33,701 nucleotides of DNA, taken from Parcubacteria group bacterium GW2011_GWA2_37_10. Its GTDB lineage: Bacteria; Patescibacteriota; Minisyncoccia; Minisyncoccales; Staskawiczbacteraceae. Positions 30,770 to 33,701 of the stretch are shown in pieces. The notes beneath the pieces are model-generated. The model saw only the letters and a program-made list of their open reading frames with translations. It did not search any database and was not told the DNA's origin. Within the stretch, counting starts at the first letter, position 1; each line of letters begins with the position of its first letter. The stretch is from the NCBI GenBank assembly GCA_000992015.1, contig LBSQ01000019.1, forward strand, positions 1 to 33,701, written 5' to 3'. The position numbers and the translations under genes were made by a program.

Positions 30770-31657
30770 ATGGACATAAAGAGACTTATAATTGTAGATT
30801 CTAATGCTCTACTGCACAGGGCGTTTCATGCTTTGCCTCCGCTTACAAACAAAAAAGGTCAACCAACCGGCGCTGTTTACGGATATTTGCTAACCCTGTT
30901 TCGCGCAATTAAAGATTTAAAAACTGATTATGTTGTCGCATGTTTTGACACAAAAGCAAAAACTTTCAGGCACGAGGAGTATGAAGAATATAAGGCTCAC
31001 AGAGCTGCCACGCCAAACGGAATAATTTTTCAAATACCCATGGCAAAAGAAATTCTTGAAGCTTTTAAAATTCCGGTATTTGCAAAAGACGGATTTGAGG
31101 CGGATGATTTAATTGCCACAATTGCGGTAAGCGCCGCTAAGAATGATAATCTTGAAGTTTTTATATTAAGCGGAGACCTTGATAATTTACAACTTGTTTC
31201 AGATAAAATAAAAGTTTATACTTTAGGTAAAGGAATAAGAGACACAATAATTTACGACAGGAGCAAAGTGATAGAACGTTTTGGCGTAACACCAGAACAA
31301 ATGAATGATTTTAAAGCGTTAACCGGAGACCCATCGGATAACATTCCGGGGGTTCCGGGAATTGGTAAAAAGACAGCGGCAGAAATTATACAAAAATACG
31401 GCAGTATAAAAAATCTTTACGAAGAGCTTTCAACAGATACGGCTGTTTTAAAACCAAAAGTAAAGGAAGCGCTGAAAACAAATAAGGAAAGCGCATTTTT
31501 ATCACGGCACTTAGTTGAAACAAAAAAAGACGTTGATATAGATTTCAATTTGGAAAGTTGCAGTTTTGGAAAGTTTAATTTTAATGAAGTTGAAAAAAAA
31601 TTAATTGGTATGGAGTTTAATTCGCTAATAGACCGCCTGCCGTCGTTAAAAACGTAA
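30770..31657 (+). CDS. stand-alone 5'-3' exonuclease (Pol I N-terminal / FEN-like domain)
   Basis: IVDSNALLHRAFHALP, FD......R...Y..YKA.R, GFEADD.IAT, LSGD.D..QL, LTGD.SDNIPGVPGIGKKTA. No polymerase domain follows. Confidence 0.9.
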   Translation: MDIKRLIIVDSNALLHRAFHALPPLTNKKGQPTGAVYGYLLTLFRAIKDLKTDYVVACFDTKAKTFRHEEYEEYKAHRAATPNGIIFQIPMAKEILEAFKIPVFAKDGFEADDLIATIAVSAAKNDNLEVFILSGDLDNLQLVSDKIKVYTLGKGIRDTIIYDRSKVIERFGVTPEQMNDFKALTGDPSDNIPGVPGIGKKTAAEIIQKYGSIKNLYEELSTDTAVLKPKVKEALKTNKESAFLSRHLVETKKDVDIDFNLESCSFGKFNFNEVEKKLIGMEFNSLIDRLPSLKT

Positions 31658-31665
31658 TAAAACCT

Positions 31666-32232
31666 ATGGCGAATATTACATCTAAAATCGCTTTCCCTAT
31701 AATTATAACAGGACTTTTTATAATAACTGTTTTTGTGGCGTTAGACTACAGTAGGCTGGACGCTAATTTTTATATAGTTTTTTCAATTGTTATTATATAC
31801 GTATTTTTATTCGGTTTTGCCATCGGGCAAAATTTCGTTTCTCCGCTAAAAAAAATATTGCAGAGAGCCGGCGAATTGACAAAGGGAGATTTATCGTCCA
31901 GAGTTTATTTGGAGTCAAAAGACGAGCTTGGAGAATTGGCAAAAGTTTTTAATGAAATAGCCGACAAGCTTGAGGAAAACAAGTCCACTATTGAAGCGAC
32001 GGAAAACGGGGTAAATATAAAAGTAAAAGCGAGAACAGAAGCGTTGGAGGAAACAATAACGGCCTTAGAGCAAAAAATTAAAAACAGAACATTGGAACTA
32101 GAAAAGATGATAAATGATTCACAAAGGCTTCAAGAAGAAGCAAAAAGGAAGGAAGCTGAAATATCGGAATTAAAAAAACAAATAGACAACTTAAAGCCAA
32201 GACCTGCATACCGGCAAGCAGGCAAAAAATAA
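31666..32232 (+). CDS. membrane protein with HAMP domain and coiled coil
   Basis: Two TM helices, then a HAMP signature (PLKKILQRAGELTKGDLSSRV...DELGELAKVFNEIADKL), then a coiled coil. Confidence 0.7.
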   Translation: MANITSKIAFPIIITGLFIITVFVALDYSRLDANFYIVFSIVIIYVFLFGFAIGQNFVSPLKKILQRAGELTKGDLSSRVYLESKDELGELAKVFNEIADKLEENKSTIEATENGVNIKVKARTEALEETITALEQKIKNRTLELEKMINDSQRLQEEAKRKEAEISELKKQIDNLKPRPAYRQAGKK

Positions 32233-32242
32233 TACCCAAAAA

Positions 32243-33118
32243 ATGCCTGAACTTCCTGAAGTGCAAACAACTGTAAACGGTTTGAACAAAAAGGTCATAA
32301 AAAGGGCCTTTATTGATGTGTGGTCGGATTGGAAAAAAATAATAAAAAAACCAAAAGATTTTGAACAATTCAAAAAAGAATTAAAAAATAAGAAAATAAA
32401 AAAAATTTGGCGTAGAGCAAAAAATGTTGTTTTTGATTTATCGGACGGGCGTTCCTTATTGGTGCACCAAAAAATGACTGGTCATTTATTGGTTGGAAAA
32501 TGGGAATTAAAAAATGAAAAATGGAATCCGATAAAAGAAGGTCCGTTAAATGACCCTTATAACAGATTTTTGCACCTGATATTTTTTTTTGATAATGGTT
32601 TAATGATGGCGCTCTCTGATGCCAGAAAATTCGCAAAAGTTGAATTGTGGAAGACAGAAGATTTACTGAACTCGGAAAATTTTAAAAGTTTGGGGCCCGA
32701 GCCGCTAGATAAAAATTTTACCTTCGGAAAATTCAAAGGGATTTTTAAAAATAAAAAAGGCAGGGTAAAACAAGTGATAATAGATCCAAATGTTATTGCG
32801 GGTATCGGAAATATTTATGCCAATGAAGCCTTGTGGCTGGCAAAAATACATCCCGAAAAAAGTATTGCAAAATTAAACAATAAAGAATTAAAATTGCTTT
32901 ATCAAGCGATAAAAAAAGTTTTGGAATTAGGAGTAAAATTGGGAGGAGAAAGTTTTTCAGATTACAGAAAGCCAGACGGAACTAAGGGCGATTTTGACGC
33001 GGAAAGAAAGGTTTACAAAAGAGAAAATCAAAAATGTCACCGTTGCGGCCAAAAAATTAAACGTATAAAAATTAGCCAGCGGTCGGCGTTCTTCTGCCCC
33101 ACCTGCCAAAAATTATAA
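32243..33118 (+). CDS. mutM: formamidopyrimidine-DNA glycosylase
   Basis: N-terminal MPELPEV, H2TH region (GIGNIYANEALW...IHP) and C-terminal zinc finger CHRCG....R.....RS.FFCP.CQ. Confidence 0.95.
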   Translation: MPELPEVQTTVNGLNKKVIKRAFIDVWSDWKKIIKKPKDFEQFKKELKNKKIKKIWRRAKNVVFDLSDGRSLLVHQKMTGHLLVGKWELKNEKWNPIKEGPLNDPYNRFLHLIFFFDNGLMMALSDARKFAKVELWKTEDLLNSENFKSLGPEPLDKNFTFGKFKGIFKNKKGRVKQVIIDPNVIAGIGNIYANEALWLAKIHPEKSIAKLNNKELKLLYQAIKKVLELGVKLGGESFSDYRKPDGTKGDFDAERKVYKRENQKCHRCGQKIKRIKISQRSAFFCPTCQKL

Positions 33119-33123
33119 GAATC

Positions 33124-33144
33124 GTGCGACTCCCGATGTCGCAC
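33124..33144. repeat. REP-like hairpin upstream of the RayT-like gene
   Basis: GTGCGAC-TCCCGAT-GTCGCAC. An exact inverted copy lies at 33357-33377. Confidence 0.6.
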
Positions 33145-33155
33145 AGTTTCTAATT

Positions 33156-33605
33156 ATGCCGCAAAGAAAAGAAAAATTTATAACTGGTGAAATTTATCAC
33201 CTTACTTTAAGGGTGCTTGACGATAATTTGATTTTTAAAGACGTAAACGACTATTATCGGGGCATTTTTTCAATTTACGAATTTAACAATGCCAGCCCAG
33301 TGAGTATATTTATTAGAAGGCGAGATCGTATTGTCGAAAAGAGGAGAGAAAAAGTGTGCGACATCGGGAGTCGCACAATCTTGATAGAAGATGAGAGAGA
33401 TAAATATGTTGAGATACTGGCGTTTAGTTTTATGCCAAATCATATACATCTTTTAGTGAGGCAACTTAAAGACAATGGAATTTCCAAATTTATGCAGAAG
33501 ACGGGCATTGGTTTAGCGAAGTATTTTAATAAAAAATATGGGCGGAAAGGGTATGTTTTTCAGGATACGTTCAAATCTGTCCGTATAAAAGATGATAATC
33601 GATGA
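33156..33605 (+). CDS. REP-associated tyrosine transposase (RayT / IS200-like Y1), apparently C-terminally truncated
   Basis: YHLTLRV N-terminal motif and the HUH motif FMPNHIHLLV. The ORF stops after FQDTFKSVRIKDDNR, before the expected YIHxNP catalytic-Tyr region. Confidence 0.75.
   Translation: MPQRKEKFITGEIYHLTLRVLDDNLIFKDVNDYYRGIFSIYEFNNASPVSIFIRRRDRIVEKRREKVCDIGSRTILIEDERDKYVEILAFSFMPNHIHLLVRQLKDNGISKFMQKTGIGLAKYFNKKYGRKGYVFQDTFKSVRIKDDNR
33357..33377. repeat. REP-like hairpin, inverted copy, inside the RayT-like ORF
   Basis: GTGCGAC-ATCGGGA-GTCGCAC is the exact reverse complement of 33124-33144. Its flanks are also similar. It encodes ..VCDIGSRT.. in frame. Confidence 0.6.
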
Positions 33606-33701
33606 AAATTGTCATTTGAAATGCAACTTCTGTAAAATGAAGTTGTATGAAAAAAGAAAACGAGAAAAAACGTAAAAAGAAGCGGAGTTTCCGCCACTTA
33701 A

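Noticed and set aside
33647-33701. Partial ORF at the right edge (MKKENEKKRKKKRSFRHL...).
   Set aside because: Only 18 codons are visible and they are low-complexity Lys-rich sequence. It cannot be supported.
1-33701. CRISPR arrays, rRNA genes, and reverse transcriptase/DGR or retron elements.
   Set aside because: No regularly spaced repeats of 25-40 nt, no rRNA-like conserved blocks and no RT (YxDD) ORF were seen on either strand.
1-33701. Alternative genetic code (UGA as a sense codon, as in some CPR lineages).
   Set aside because: Many well-defined genes end in TGA at their expected lengths, and prfB with a TGA-based frameshift site is present.

Overview
This is an AT-rich bacterial chromosome segment. 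Hand counts of single 60-nt lines give about 32% G+C in ordinary genes. Gene content and organisation look like a small-genome CPR/Patescibacteria-type organism; that placement is inference only.

Core genes:
- The end of the ribosomal super-operon: infA-rpmJ-rpsM-rpsK-rpsD-rpoA-rplQ-rplM-rpsI.
- Envelope and division genes: murA, two mreB paralogues, rseP, an ftsB-like gene and ftsEX.
- Translation genes: frr, gatCA, and prfB with the classical CTT-TGA-C +1 frameshift, so TGA is a stop and the code is 11.
- Other core genes: holB, mutM, a stand-alone 5'-3' exonuclease, and three tRNAs (Gly-CCC, Thr-CGU, Gln-CUG).

Accessory content:
- A beta-class DNA methyltransferase cassette sits after gatA.
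- A restriction-modification island lies between prfB and ftsE. It holds a single-chain nuclease-methylase-specificity enzyme plus a putative REase/D12-methylase pair. That pair is flanked by a 33-nt duplication of the ftsE start.
- There is a DDE (rve) insertion sequence with terminal inverted repeats, a RelE/ParE-type toxin-antitoxin pair, and a truncated RayT/IS200-like gene with REP-like hairpins.

Most unusual signals:
1. Two sharply bounded GC-rich (about 53-57%) genes encode helical ORFans of 257 and 342 aa. Each has its own sigma70-like promoter and SD, and one lies directly 3' of tRNA-Gly.
2. A roughly 310-nt GC-rich, strongly structured, terminator-capped non-coding region lies between tRNA-Thr and prfB. 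I cannot assign it to a known RNA family.
3. Short GC-rich palindromic elements are inserted in frame in holB, gatA, a PEGA protein, a HAMP protein and the RayT gene.
4. A 68-nt two-hairpin leader is duplicated in front of a tiny basic ORF and a response-regulator gene.

No CRISPR array, rRNA or reverse transcriptase was seen.
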